Below, piece by piece: positions 22,784 to 36,050 of a stretch of 64,000 bases of DNA. The position numbers and the translations under genes were made by a program. The stretch is from contig CATNEN010000014.1 in the NCBI GenBank assembly GCA_950097015.1, positions 1,550,001 to 1,614,000 on the forward strand. The letters are read 5' to 3'. The notes beneath the pieces were generated by a model. The model was not told the origin of the DNA and made no database searches. It was given only the letters and a program-made list of their open reading frames with translations. The stretch comes from Macrostomum hystrix (taxonomy: Eukaryota > Animalia > Platyhelminthes). Position 1 is the first letter of the stretch, and every line of letters begins with the position of its first letter.

Positions 22784-25586
22784 CTCCTTCTCGATCAGCA
22801 TGTGGGTCTGGCCGGTGTTTCTGCGCAGCGGTAACAGAATCAGGGCGGCAATCAGCAGCAGCAGCAGCGCCACCAGGCTCGTTCTCTCGGGACATCACCT
22901 TGCCCTGAGCGAATAGAATGACATGGATGAATTTAATAAAAGTGGGGATTTCAGGTAACTAAAAAACTGGAATTGGGATATCAGGTGAATATAGAACTAG
23001 AAGTGGGATATCAGGTAACTATAGAACTGGAAGTGGTATTTCAGGTGAATATAGAACTGGAAGTGGGATATCAGGTGAATATAGAACTGGAAGTGGGATA
23101 TCAGGTGAATATAGAACTGGAAGTGGGGAAATCAGCAGGGATCAGAAGTGCTGAACATCCCGGCGCATTATTCATAGAAACAGGCAAAGGCGCACCTGGA
23201 AGTCGATGCTCAGGACGATTGACTGCAGACTGCTGGTCACATCAAAGTCAGTTGAGTAGAAGCAGCGAGGATCGGCCCTGCAGTCTTTGTCACCGGCAGC
23301 TCCATCCTTAGAACCGTACCTGTCTTTGTGCATCCGAAGGTTCGCCAGGTCGGCGAGGCTGACGGAGCCGGGCCGGTAGCGGAGGTTGAAGACAGGCGTG
23401 AGGGTCTTGCGCTTCTGCAGCTCGGCAAGAACTTTCTCGTCCGAGATTGGGAGGACCTGTCGGGCGGTGAAGAGTCGGTAAAGTCGCGAGTGAGAGAAGG
23501 CGGGAAATAACGGGTCCATTAAATTTTATTTCCAACCGCGCACCTTAAATGACAGTCGATTTGTATTGCTATCGAATAAGATTTCGGACACGCCTGGCTG
23601 GTTGATGATGGCCAGGTCGGTGAGGTAGACATTGTCAATCTTGAACATGGCGACCACTTCGACGTCGAATTGCTTCAGATAGGCAGTCAATTCCGGTTTG
23701 AAAGCTACCGCGAACTCGGCGCCGGTGATGGTGGAGCAGTGCTGCATGGAGCAGTTCCTGGCCATACTCAAATCAAAGCTCTCAGGCCCTGGACGCTGCA
23801 AGAAGAGGACATTGCTGCCAGACTCTACCGAGTATTTCGGCATGCCGATCTTCTCCGCATCGCCGGGGCTCACGGTGGCGCGGCACACAATGCGATGCGA
23901 GAAATCCCTGCCCATGGACGATTTGCGCGGCGGGACACTGTCAATCGTTATGTTGATGGTTCGCCTGCCCGGCACTGAGGTCACCGTGTCAACAGTGACA
24001 GGCTGGCGCGGACTAAACAGCGAGTTGAATTCGTCCAACTGCATCTCCTTCCACGTAGAGGCTTTACGCCCAGCCGATGTTGAGAACACGGCACTGGTAA
24101 CCACCTGGTCCAAGTTGCTAAAAAATGTGGTGCAGTTGTAAGACATGGACTCGCCTTCCATTGCGTAGATCCTGGGCGGCAGGTTGCCGGATACTGCACT
24201 CGAGCTTTCAAATGGCTTATAGCTGAAATGTGGCATGCTGACAATATGTACATTGAATGTGAAGCTAACACCACCGGCCTCGCAAGTGTACTGGCCAGAG
24301 TGACTGTTGTCCACGGTCTCCGTGAACTCAATGACATTGCCAGTCTTTGAGACTCGGATGCCGTCAACATTTGCCCAATCAATGAACATCGATGGCACTA
24401 ACGTCCATCGATTATTGTCTTTGCTGATGTGCGTAAATCTGTAGGTCGTCAGGGGGTCGGTGCAGATGATCGGGCAGACAAGAGGCGTGGTGTCCATGCC
24501 AGAGAAGATAAAAATAGGATCATTGCTCAGGTTGGCCGGCAGCTTGCAACCGGCATTGGTGCCCTGCCTGGTGTACATTACTTCATATTTGGATATCCTC
24601 TGTTTGATGGCTAAAGTGCTGTCATAGGGCTTTAACTGACCGGAGAACGAGAGTGTGGCGCAGATGCTGAATTGAGAGGAAGACATCTTATCGAACATGC
24701 TAGCAACGATGCTGCTGAGGCCGTAGGCTGCATAGTGCAGCTCGCCAGTGGCTAGATTCAAGTGCATATGCTTCAACAGCCGCCGTCCTACTTCCTCCAG
24801 ATTGGAATTATAATTGACAAACGTGGCGGTAGATATCATCTGGGACCTATCACAGGGCCATGCATCAAAACTGAGCAATCCACCAATGTTGATTTTTGAC
24901 CTGAGAAAGGCTGGTGCCGACTTAAGCGCACTAACAATGCTTTGATCAATGAATTTCACGCTGCCAAAATCTGATGCCATCCTGAAATTCATCAAGAATT
25001 CATATGCTTCTGGAGTGAGGAATCTCAGCATGGCATTTGAGCCAGACACCGGTTCGCTGTTCCAGTTTCCCAGGGGCTCCAGGCTCCACACGAAGACGCT
25101 ATTGGACTGGAGCTTCAAATCCGGCTGCCCAGACACGCGGACCTGCACGGAGAGCTCTAGCTTCTTCCTAAAGACATCAACCGACGGCAATGAAGAAGGC
25201 TCAAGAATGAATTTGAATGCGTTCGGCTTGCCTTTAACTGGCTGCAAGGAGAATGGGATCGGAGTATTTTTACACTGCAGCTCGTGACCAGTCACGGCTG
25301 ACAAGTCCAGATCGAGCCCGGCGCTGGTATCCGGGCACTTGTACTTGAGAACAGCTGAGTAGCCTATCTGCTGGTTTCTTTTGCCAACAAGAGAAATTTT
25401 GATTGTAAAGCTTTGCTTCGGCATCAGAATGGCGAACATGTTGGGGCCGCCAACCTCCCACACATCATACCTGGAGAGGAGGATCTTGCCAGTCTGGGTA
25501 TAATTGAAGCGCACTTTCTCGGTGTTCTCGGACACTACAAAGCTGGCGCATGCCAGCCAGAGCAACAGAATGCTTTGGGAAAGCAT
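22755..25586 (-). CDS. Putative secreted or cell-surface protein with signal peptide and about 2 Ig-like domains; model join(25586-23544, 23456-23196, 22904-22755)
   Basis: 2.1-kb open exon; N-terminal MLSQSILLLWLACASFVVS; VDNSHSGQYTCEA (Ig F-strand motif) and EGESMSYNC...HRIVCRATV; both introns phase 0 with AG|GTGCGC donors and CAG acceptors. Confidence 0.7.
22975..23130. repeat. 30-bp intronic minisatellite (GGATATCAGGTGAATATAGAACTGGAAGTG)n, about 5 copies
   Basis: Read directly. Confidence 0.9.
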
Positions 25587-26639
25587 GGGCTGCAACAAAT
25601 GAACTCCTGCAATTAGGCTTAACATTCATTGTTTCATAGTATTACACAGGTGGTAATTTAAATGCAATAAAAAAACAATTACTCAGATTATTGAGCTCAT
25701 TGCAGAAAAATAGAATTGGCATTTAAATAAGGCAACAGCTGGTGGCTTTTTGAGTATCACTATAGTTTAAAAGAGAAACTCGAAGAGAAATAAATACCGT
25801 AAAAATGAATTTAGAACAAATTAACAACTATTATTTGTCATTTCTAAAAACGTATTTGCAGAAGCCTGTGTTATAGGTAAAAATTTGATTTATTATCACT
25901 GCGTGCTTATAAATAATTACATACATTTTCTAAAAACAAAGATTTTGTATAATCTTGGAAGGCTATAACGCTTCTGCAACACTATGAAAATTAAAAAAGT
26001 AAATCTAGATATTAAAGTAACATTTTCTAGCAAAAACATTTTAGAGGATTTGGCCTACAGATTTGACAGCTTTGATATAGTTGGTCATATATGATAATAT
26101 ATTCAAACAAGGACTATACATCAATGTACACATGTAACATTCGAACATTACTTAAAGATTTGCACTTACCCGAGAAGACTAAATTTTGAATCTAGGAGCC
26201 CATGATACTAGCTTCATTTAATTGTAAAATGATTGATAAGCCAATATGAACTTAATTGTTTATTGATAATAGGTACAAAAGTACAAATAGGACAGCAATG
26301 AAACAACAACATCCAAAATGCAGTGGTGTTTTATGCACATAAATATACGAGTATTTTAATCTAAATATATCAATTGATTTTAAATTTATAATCAGCTGAT
26401 GTTTTGTGTTTAAGCTTGTGAAAAAAATTTGAAATTTAGATTTTTACTTCAAATATTTGAGTTTTTGGAAAGGTGCAATTCGATTATTTAAATATGACTG
26501 TAAATTTTGAAATTGATTTTTGCTAGCTAATAGGGAGCAGATTTCTTTTATAAAAGTGGATCTGTTGATTTGTCTATGAGTGGATTTTCCTAGATATGTA
26601 AATGCAAATATGTTGGTTATTATTTCTTTTTCTCATTCC

Positions 26640-27030
26640 CCACTTACTTTTTCTGATCTACAATTTTACCTTCTCTCATTCATGACTTATTCTCCCTTGT
26701 CATAGATATCGTTTTGCCTCAAAAGAGAAGAAAAGCAGAGAGAGAGAAGTGATAGATAATGAAGAAGACAGAAATAACAGAGAGAGTAGAAAAGAAGAAG
26801 AAAAAAAAAGCAAAAGAGAAGGAGAAAAAGCTGAGTAGAAGAGACAGAGAATAAAACAGCGAGAGAGAAGAAGAGAAGAAAAGCAGAGGGAGAGAATTGA
26901 TAAGAATAATTAAAAGAAGAAAACCATAAAAATAGTAGAAGAGAAAGAAAGTGGAAGTAAAGGAGAAGAAAATCAAAGAGTTGAGGAGAATAAAAAGAAA
27001 GAAGTAAAAAAGAAGAGTTTTTGCCATCCA
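26640..27030. repeat. GA-rich low-complexity tract
   Basis: Almost purely A/G on the + strand. Confidence 0.85.
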
Positions 27031-27040
27031 CATGAGTTCC

Positions 27041-28992
27041 TCACTCACTATCGGTCTCTTGGTCCCAGATGATGAGTTTTTCAGCGAGATCGTTGTTTCT
27101 CAGACCATGGCAGAACCGAGCTCTGATCAGGGACTTTGCTTCAGTGAGCGAGAGACACGCCAATCTGGTGTAGGACACTAGTCTGTCAAAGACTGACATA
27201 GACTTGTTGCTGGTCTGGGCTGCGGCTTCCTGTTCCACATATTCTTTGTCCTTCTTTGTCCGTTAGTGTACCTATCCTTGAGCACATCGAGAGCAGTCTC
27301 GGCATCTAGGCATCTGGTCGCCGGTGAATGATCAGGTATGACATCAGTTGGGCCTCCCAGGAGTCGAACTTCATTTTCGACTGATAAGCCGGTGGAGGGC
27401 GGAGCTTAGTCATACCCGACAGCGACGGCGACGGCGAGGAATGAGAGGATTGGGAGGACTGGCAAGGCGCTCCTCCAGCATCCTATGAAGGTTGCCAAGG
27501 TCTGGGCGAGCATGACCTGCTTGTTAAAACAAGGGGCAGCGGCGGCAGCTTCGCCAGCATGCTCTGGGAATTTGGATTCGGTGGATGCCGACACTGCGGC
27601 GTTTCCACCGCCCGGTGGCGCCATGACCTGGTTTTCCCCGTTGTCTGACATGGTGTCGCAACGGCAGACAGCAAGAGCAACCACAGGGAGAGGCCTGTGT
27701 CAGGCAGTTGGAACAGAATGGAGTGAAAGCAGAATCAAGCTAAATCGAAGTGATGCCGAGGATTGCGGGTGTGTAGGGCGAGATGGCGAGGGAAGGTGAG
27801 TTTAATACTTGCCTGACTGGGGCAAACCACACAAATCCTCCTACAGGGGAGAATCCTATCACGCAAATCCCTAAGCTAACAGTCAGGCGATAGTCCCTGC
27901 AAATAATTTTACACAGCGGGACAACCTGGCACTGCGGAATAGTTCAACGCCTTGTCGACAGCTGACGGTGACCGGACTGCTTGCTCGGCGCGGTACACTC
28001 GCTCGCCACGGATCTTCGGACCGGGGCCGGACTCTTTAAGAGCCACGCAGTCGAGCCCACCTTGATGTAGCATACCCGAAACCCACGGGCTAAACTCCTC
28101 TAGAGTCACGCAGTCGAGCCCACCTCGATGTACTCGTAGCATACCCGAAACCCACGGGCTGAACTCCTCCAGAGTCACGCAGTCGAGCCCACACGATGAT
28201 GCGGCAACAGCGGTGCTCACACCCATGGCACGATGATGGCCGCTGGTCTCGCAGTTGGAAGCCGACAGTGCAGAGCAGAGCCTCGGTGGGACCTCCAAAA
28301 TTTATGTGACGATGAGTTCCGGCTGTGCTGGATTGGCAATGGCAAATTGACTTACCATTTATATCGTTATAACAGAGATATAACTTTTCTACAGCACTAA
28401 GTAAAGTGCTGTAGCGGTATCTCTAAGTTTGTATTTGTAGATTTCATTTACTCTGCTGGTGACGATATTGTATTTGTACACGGCGAACAAGGTCGGGTTG
28501 CAACGCAGATGGGGGGCGTGACTGGTCAATGAATGGCAGTGGCATTCGTAGACGAACAGATCGTTGCAATGATGGATTTACAGATAGTGGCAGTGGTGGA
28601 CTAACAAAGAGTAGCTATTGTGACTAACTCAGGAGAACAGGTGGCGAGTCTTGGCAGGCAGAGCAGCGCAGTGCGAAGCGGCAGTGGAAGAGTTCGCTCG
28701 GGCGGGGATCGGCAATAAATAGGCCGGCGCAAATTTTAACAAATTGTATACTGCAGTGCGGGATTGGCTAGAAAATGAACAGCCAGTTGACCTTTGCAGA
28801 TGAGCGTGGACGATTGGCATGAGCGATTGGCTGAGAAGAAAGTAATCATCACGGGTGGCGCAAGGGACTCAATGTACGTTGACGTCTACTTCCAGTAGCA
28901 ATCTAAGAAGTAAACGGAATTGCAAAAATTGGGACAGCGTTACATTAATTTAAATTTCATAGCGCCTACTGCAGGAAGTGACAACGTCACGT
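27041..28992 (-). mobile_element. Degenerate LTR-retrotransposon 5' part: putative LTR about 28305-28992, PBS, gag fragments
   Basis: PBS TGGAGGTCCCACCGAG (28297-28282) complementary to a tRNA-Gln 3' end; gag-like IRARFCHGLRN; LTR outer end uncertain. Confidence 0.55.
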
Positions 28993-30376
28993 TAAGAAAA
29001 ATATGTACCTCAGTTAAAGCATTATTTGAGTAAGTTATATAGTGTATTATGATATAGTATAGTATACACTATGACAAAGTTGTTTAAGATACTTCAAGCG
29101 GAGTTATAAAAATACGAGCGTAATATCTTTTTAAAATAAATAAATTTATTTATAATAAATTTTATTAAAAGTACATATCTAAATAAGACGTACGAGTATG
29201 ACTCGAACCTGGGCCACTCTCAACACAGGCAGACACCGCTGAGTTTCAGAAGTTGTTTGCATTAACTGCGACATCCGCATATTAGTATGCGATTCGCAAT
29301 AGAAACTTCCTCTTTAGCATCAATTTAGCATCAAGACACGAGTTATTTTGCATTGGCGACACATGTATATATCTAACAGCCTTAGTGGCACGTTTTTGGA
29401 AATTAGACACTTAAACGCACATTTAAACATCACTTTCACGTCTATACGACTGATCTAACGAAATCTAGAGCCAGAAGTTGTGCAATTTTACAACAAACTA
29501 TACCGTTTTTTTCTTTAGAGTTAAGTAAAGTTGTATTTGTCCTAGCACTTTCACGTACGTCATAGTTCAGCTATTTGAGCATCGAATAAAAAAATCTCAA
29601 AAATCGTTGCGCAAAAAAATAATTCGACTTTAAAACTTCTACCCCCTGTTTTGTACATTTTATATGTCACATGTGAAAAGTACCTGTTAGAAATGGTCAT
29701 CTACTCAAGTGCTTGGCGTCGTTGGAAAGACCATTTGACACCAAACTCGAAATAATTGGGTCCCTTTTCTATAAAATCGTAACACAACGTCTGTCTGAGA
29801 AGAGAGACCCTCGCCTCAAATTTATCTGGATTTTGAGTCGCTGCTCAGCCACCGTTCGATTTGAAGACTAAAAAGTGTACTCGATTGTGCTACCGTGTGT
29901 TTGACACAAGGCTATGAAGGTCCCATGTCAGCAGCTGAGGGAGTGACTGAACGAGGGCTGAGGAATAAGGACATACTATGCTACATATGGATATACTATG
30001 CCACATAACTTACTAGATATAATTGTTTTTCTATAATTTTAGCAACCGTGGTCAGTTTGGTGTTTTTATTCCAGCAACGCGCTTCAGTTTCTCAAATATC
30101 AGACGTTTTGTGATTCAATAAAGTAAATACTAAGCAATCGTCCGCACTTGAATTTGAAAAGCACTTTAAAAAGGAAAATTGTGTTCGCTACTGGTACTAC
30201 GCGTTCGCCGGTGGAGTTACACTGTCTATGGCACAAAAGCTGCAGAATTTATGCTCTTAGCCTCGGCAGGCAGTCTTACAAACTACTTTTGTTGCACTCG
30301 CTCTGAAGTTTCGTTTGTATGCGCAGAACAGTAATTCTGCGAACATGGAATAGTTTTATCTGTCCCTAGACAGTGC

Positions 30377-30895
30377 CTGAGATCTGGCACTAGACCTCAG
30401 ATCTGACACTAGACCTCAGATCTGGCACTAGAACTCAGATCTGGCACTAGACCTCAGATCTGACACTAGAACTCAGATCTGACACTAGAACTCAGATCTG
30501 ACACTAGAACTCAGATCTGACACTAGAACTCAGATCTGACACTAGAACTCAGATCTGACACTAGAACTCAGATCTGACACTAGAACTCAGATCTGACACT
30601 AGAACTCAGATCTGACACTAGAACTCAGATCTGACACTAGAACTCAGATCTGACACTAGAACTCAGATCTGACACTAGAACTCAGATCTGACACTAGAAC
30701 TCAGATCTGACACTAGAACTCAGATCTGACACTAGAACTCAGATCTGACACTAGAACTCAGATCTGACACTAGAACTCAGATCTGACACTAGAACTCAGA
30801 TCTGACACTAGAACTCAGATCTGACACTAGAACTCAGATCTGACACTAGAACTCAGATCTGACACTAGAACTCAGATCTGACACTAGAACTCAGA
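30377..30895. repeat. 19-bp minisatellite (AGATCTGACACTAGAACTC)n, about 27 copies
   Basis: Read directly; nearly invariant. Confidence 0.97.
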
Positions 30896-31057
30896 CGGAA
30901 ATTACCGTTCACTAATTACTTGTCAAGCCTGTAGTTTGTAGATTGAGGGCTTCCTGGACACTTATGTTTTCGCATACCTGAGCAACCGAACACTTTTCCT
31001 GGAAGTCTCGGCCAAGTTCACACCGCATGACAAGTGCTGCGAGGGTCGCAAACCCTA

Positions 31058-31720
31058 CGATAATTCATGCTTTATGCAACTCCGAGGATAAATCATGCTT
31101 CCTCCTCGATAGTTCATGCATCCCTATTGATAATTCATGCTTTCCCCCGATAATTCATGCTTTATGCAACTCCGTGGATAAATCATGCTTCCTCCTCGAT
31201 AGTTCATGCATCCCTCTTGATATTCATGCTTTCCCCCGATAATTCATGCGACCCTCTCAATTATTCATGCTTATCCCTCGATACTTTTGGTAACCGCTTT
31301 GATAGTTTATGACTCCCCCTCAATAATTCATGCTTCCCATAGATAATTTCTGCTATTCAGTCGATAATTCATGCTTCCCATAGATAACTTCTGCTATTCA
31401 GTCGATAATTCATGCTTCCCACAGATAATTTCTGCTATTCAGTCGATAATTCATGCTTCCCATAGATAACTTCTGCTATTCAGTCGATAATTCATGCTTC
31501 CCATAGATAATTTCTGCTATTCAGTCGATAATTCATGCTTCCCATAGATAACTTCTGCTATTCAGTCGATAATTCATGCTTCCCATAGATAATTTCTGCT
31601 ATTCAGTCGATAATTCATGCTTCGTCATGGTCCCTCGACAAAGCATGCTACCCTCTCGACAAATCTTGCTACCCCTCGATAATTTATGCTACCCCCACTA
31701 TAAATAATGCTACTCTCAAC
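31058..31720. repeat. Composite GATAATTCATGCTT-based repeat, with about 41-bp higher-order units at about 31322-31622
   Basis: Read directly. Confidence 0.88.
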
Positions 31721-32271
31721 ATTTGATGAAGTTCCCTCAAAAGTACTTGCTGTTCCCTCGATAATGCATGAAACAACCTTAAGTAATCAAGCTATTCTTG
31801 ATTACTAGGGGGGGAAGTAAATAACGCTCTGAAGCCCTGACAAACATGCAAAAATCATTTAAATTTTCAATCACAATTTTATACTTATCTTTTCTTGAGA
31901 TATCTCCTTAAAAAATCGTGCTGTCTCCCGGATAATTCATGCTTCCCCTTAATAGTTCATGCTACCCCCTTGATAATTCATACCTTAATAATAATTGCAG
32001 GAGGGCTGTGGGCTATTGCACATCATCTGGTGACACTAGACCCTCAGCCAGCGGGAGGCAATTCTGCCCATTTCGCTGACTCCTGAGCACAAACGCACAC
32101 AGATACTGTACACAGGCATACACTCACACAGGTGTGTACATCTGCCCTGACTGTCTCATCGCCAGGTAGTGTACATGCAATTAACTGTGCCTTGGAGGTT
32201 GGCCCTCAAGGGCGTAAATTGCACGACAAGCCCCCAAGCCTTCTCTCCGCGGCTGCGCCCCAAATAAATGT

Positions 32272-32346
32272 GGCCTCGCCGTGGAATCGAACTTAGGGAC
32301 CGTGGTGCAAGAGGCAAACGCGATAACCGCTCTTCCACCGACCCCC
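32272..32346 (-). mobile_element. tRNA-like SINE head (copy 1)
   Basis: A-box-like TGGAAGAGCGG and B box GTTCGATTCC; inverted homolog at 36592. Confidence 0.6.
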
Positions 32347-34284
32347 GTTTACTTAAGTAAGTTGAGACGGTCTATTTGAGTAGGCTGAGACTCTTCATTT
32401 CAGTATTTCCCTGCAATCTTTATGAATATTAGGTTTTATTCATTCAGGGATCACCTGAGGGGCACTGCCATTTTGTGAGCCGATGGTCACCAGGGGCTAG
32501 CGAAATGTGCGGTTCCTCCGCCTCCTCGCTGCGTCTGCCGGTCGGGCGCACCCTGCAGCTCAGTCAAGAACGGCAGGCTGCGACTAACTCTCTAGCTGAC
32601 GGACAGCTGACTAAACTATAAGTTTCAGTAAACATTTAATTTTTAATTAATTAAAAACAGGAATCCGTATATGAAAAGACAAAAAAACAGTCACGCAGCT
32701 GGAGTTCGCGTAAAAGGCTGCATTCCTTATCTCAATTTCTATTTACAAAAGAGAATGCTGCATTGAAAGGCACAGTTTTTAGAAAGATATTTTTGCATGC
32801 GTTAAGCAAAAATCAATATAAAATTATTTTACTCGAATAGCTGGTGGAGTCTTCAACAGAAATTTAGATAGAAGTCGAAGTGAAAAAAACTTACTGAAGT
32901 CAGTTTGCGCATTCAACAGGACTAGGCAGCCCACACATGTAAAATTCGGAATTCCTTGCCTTTAATTTCTGTTTACAAAATAATGCTGCTTTTTATGAAT
33001 AGTGAAAATTGAAAAAAAAGAAATTTTCTTGCATACGTTAAGCAAATAATCAAGCAACCAAGCAACATAGGGATTCCTACTCAAAACAATTTTTAGGAAA
33101 CTTTAAAACCTGTCTGGTACTTATGCCAGCTCTATACTCAGCACTCTCTTTTCACTTCTCTCGCGTGTCGCAAAAGACAAGAAACATTTTGAGAGGAGAG
33201 TGGTGGGCGCGAAGAGGAATAATATCCCTCGCGGCCGGTAGAGAAGGCAATGGATGGTCTTGAATTGGGTGGGCGAACTTTGATGGCATATTAGCACGGT
33301 GTTTTAAATTGCGCTTCACGGTAAAATCTGAATTGAAAATGCAGTCATAATTTTCGGGTAACTTTTTCCGCAAATTTCCGAAAAGTTTTGTTTCTTCAGG
33401 GCTTTCACTTTTAAGAAAGAGAACGAAATTCGCTCGTTCTTTTTTAACAGTCGCCACCAGCTCAAAATATCAAATATCAAAATATAACCAGCTCACAACA
33501 AAGAGCAGTGTTGTCTATGGAGAAACTTAACTTGTGGCTACACAAAAATCAGTGCTGGAATGCTGCTGCGGCATTCCTGCACCCCATGGAACGAATGTAT
33601 TTAATCATAAAGAAACATAGAACAAGAATAAAATTGCAAAGTGACGATAAATTCAAAGTAGTAACGCTCAGGTCACTTGAGTCTGCATGAAGTCAATATT
33701 GGAGCGTAGTAGACTGCATCACATATCACTCAAATGCAAACTCCACTACGTTGCGTTCGCCGATAGCTATACGATCTTCATGCGCTTTGTTAAGGCAGTA
33801 GAAACCGTCACAGTGGATCAGTGGATGCGCCGGCGCTTGGCGCTGTTGTAATGACAGGCTGGTTACCAGTAGAAACCGCGGTGTCAAAGCAGTCTCACTG
33901 CCACCGAACTACACGTTGTCGCTGTCAGTCAGGGCACGTGAACAACCGTTGTGAAACCGCTTACAGAGCAGTAGTTCAAGTGAATTAGTGGAGGTGCTAT
34001 GGTGGAGTTAATAATTTGTTAGGCGAGCGTATTGATAAGAAACTTCTTAACTAGATGTGCATAGCTGTGTCAACACCACAGGCGAAAGTGCGAATTTATA
34101 AATAGATTACATCACACAGCTTTTCTCGCCCGTTTGTGTGTGTGTGTTTGATTTGAACACGTATAATGTGCATGGCAGACTTCAATTCAATGATAAATTG
34201 CTAAATGCCAGCGAGACATATACTCCTTCCTTAATTACTACAACTTATATAAACCATCCAATTTTGTTTCAATTTCAATCGGTA

Positions 34285-34895
34285 AATGCGTCCAAAAGTT
34301 TTCTTAATGTGTCCAACCATTTTCTTTATGTGTCCAAAGGTTTTCTAAATGTGTCCAAAGATTTTCTAAATGTGTCCAACAGTTTTATAAATGTGACCAA
34401 AAGTTTTATAAATGTGTCCAACAGTTTTATAAATGTGACCAACCATTTTCTTTATGTGTCAAAAGGTTTTCTAAATGTGTCCAAAGGTTTTCTAAATGTG
34501 TCCAACAGTTTTATAAATGTGACCAACAGTTTTATAAATGTGCCCAACAGTTTTATAAATGTGACCAAAAGTTTTATAAATGTGACCAACAGTTTTATAA
34601 ATGTGGCCAACAGTTTTATAAACGTGTCTAACAGTTTTATAAATGTGACCAAAAGTTTTATAAATGTGACCAACAGTTTTATAAATTTGTCCAACAGTTT
34701 TATAACCGTGTCCAACAGTTTTATAAATGTGACCAACAGTTTTATAAATGTGTCCAACAGTTTTATAAACGTGTCCAACAGTTTTATAAATGTGACCAAC
34801 AGTTTTATAAATTTGTCCTACAGTTTTATAAATGTGTCCAACAGTTTTATAAATGTGTCCAAGAGTTTTATAAATGTGACCAAAAGTTTTCCTAA
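34285..34895. repeat. 21-bp minisatellite (AATGTGTCCAACAGTTTTATA)n
   Basis: Read directly. Confidence 0.95.
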
Positions 34896-35744
34896 ATGTG
34901 TCCATCAGTTGCCTGCTATAGGGGTGTCATAAAATAGCTGCTAAAGGGGTGTCATTAGTTATCTGCCACTAAACGGGGTCATAGGTTACCTGCTAAATGT
35001 GTCATTAGTTCTTTGCTAAAGGAAGACGTTCGTTGCCTGCTTCAGGGCATTCATTACCTACTGAGAGACATTCATTACCTGCTGAGGGACTTCTTCTGAG
35101 GGACTACGACATCCTTGCGTAGCAGTTTGTGTAAATCTTTCTCAATTGTTCCTGGCGTACTTATTTTTATTTTTCTTATTTTAAATTTAAATACTTAAAA
35201 CGTGTTATTGGAAAATTACCTTTCTGGTAAAAGAGGACATTCTTCTCTGCTGAAGGGGATCATCGGCCACCTGCTTAAGGCATTGGTTACCTGCTTAACG
35301 CTTTGGTAACCTGCTTAAGGCTTTGATTAACTGCTTAAGGCTTTGTTTACCCGCTTAAGGCATTGGTAACCTGCTTAAGGCATTGGTTACCTGGTTAAGG
35401 CATTCGTTCTTTGCTAAAGGGAGACATTGATTGAATCCTGCGAAGGGATATTGGTTGACTGCTGGGAGATATTTGTTGCCTGCTGGGCTGAGTAAAATCG
35501 TTTCTCTGCTATATGGGGGCAATGGTTTCCTGTAAAAAAGGGACAAAAATTTTGTGCTGACTGCTGGGAGATATTTGTTGCCTGCTGGGCCGAGTAAAAT
35601 CGTTTCTCTGCTATATGGGGGCAATGGTTTCCTGTAAAAAAGGGACAAAAATTTTGTGCTGCCGGTTTCGTAGCCTGCTATTATGGTGGTTCTCTTCTGT
35701 TTGGAGGTAATTGGTTACTTGCTGCTGTGGGAACAATGGGGAAT

Positions 35745-36050
35745 CGATGTCAACTGGGGGATCATTGTCAACTGGGGGATCTTTGTAGCTTAAAAAAGCT
35801 GAAAATTCAGCTGCTAAAAAATAAATACTAGACGAATTAAAGATATTCTTGCTCCCCGAAAGGGGGCCAAACTTGCTAGTCTAATATACTAAAAATAAAA
35901 TCTTGCTTGGTCGCTTGTAATTGATTTTCTCCCGAACGGCTCAACCGATTTTCAACATTTCTTCACCAAAAGATGCCAAATATGGGGACAATTATACACG
36001 TCTTTTTATTATGCTTAACTTCATTGATAATGGGATTAAATTTTCGAGAA
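35745..36050 (+). mobile_element. Helitron 3' end (hairpin and CTAG at 35876-35879) abutting a Helitron-like 5' end (TC at 35880)
   Basis: Homology to 5930-6057; TCTAATATACTAAAAA start, then CGGCTCAACCGATTTT, typical of non-autonomous Helitrons. Confidence 0.6.

Noticed and set aside
26687-27048. Hydrophobic membrane-protein-like ORFs
   Set aside because: Artefact of the CT-rich strand of a GA low-complexity tract
33152-33457. 101-aa ORF as a host exon
   Set aside because: No recognisable domain, start is GTG, and no convincing partner exons
122-35648. Repetitive ORFs (122-490, 5358-5982, 17107-17425, 22213-22908, 22973-23311, 34138-34932, 35355-35648)
   Set aside because: Translations of stop-free tandem repeats, often open in several frames
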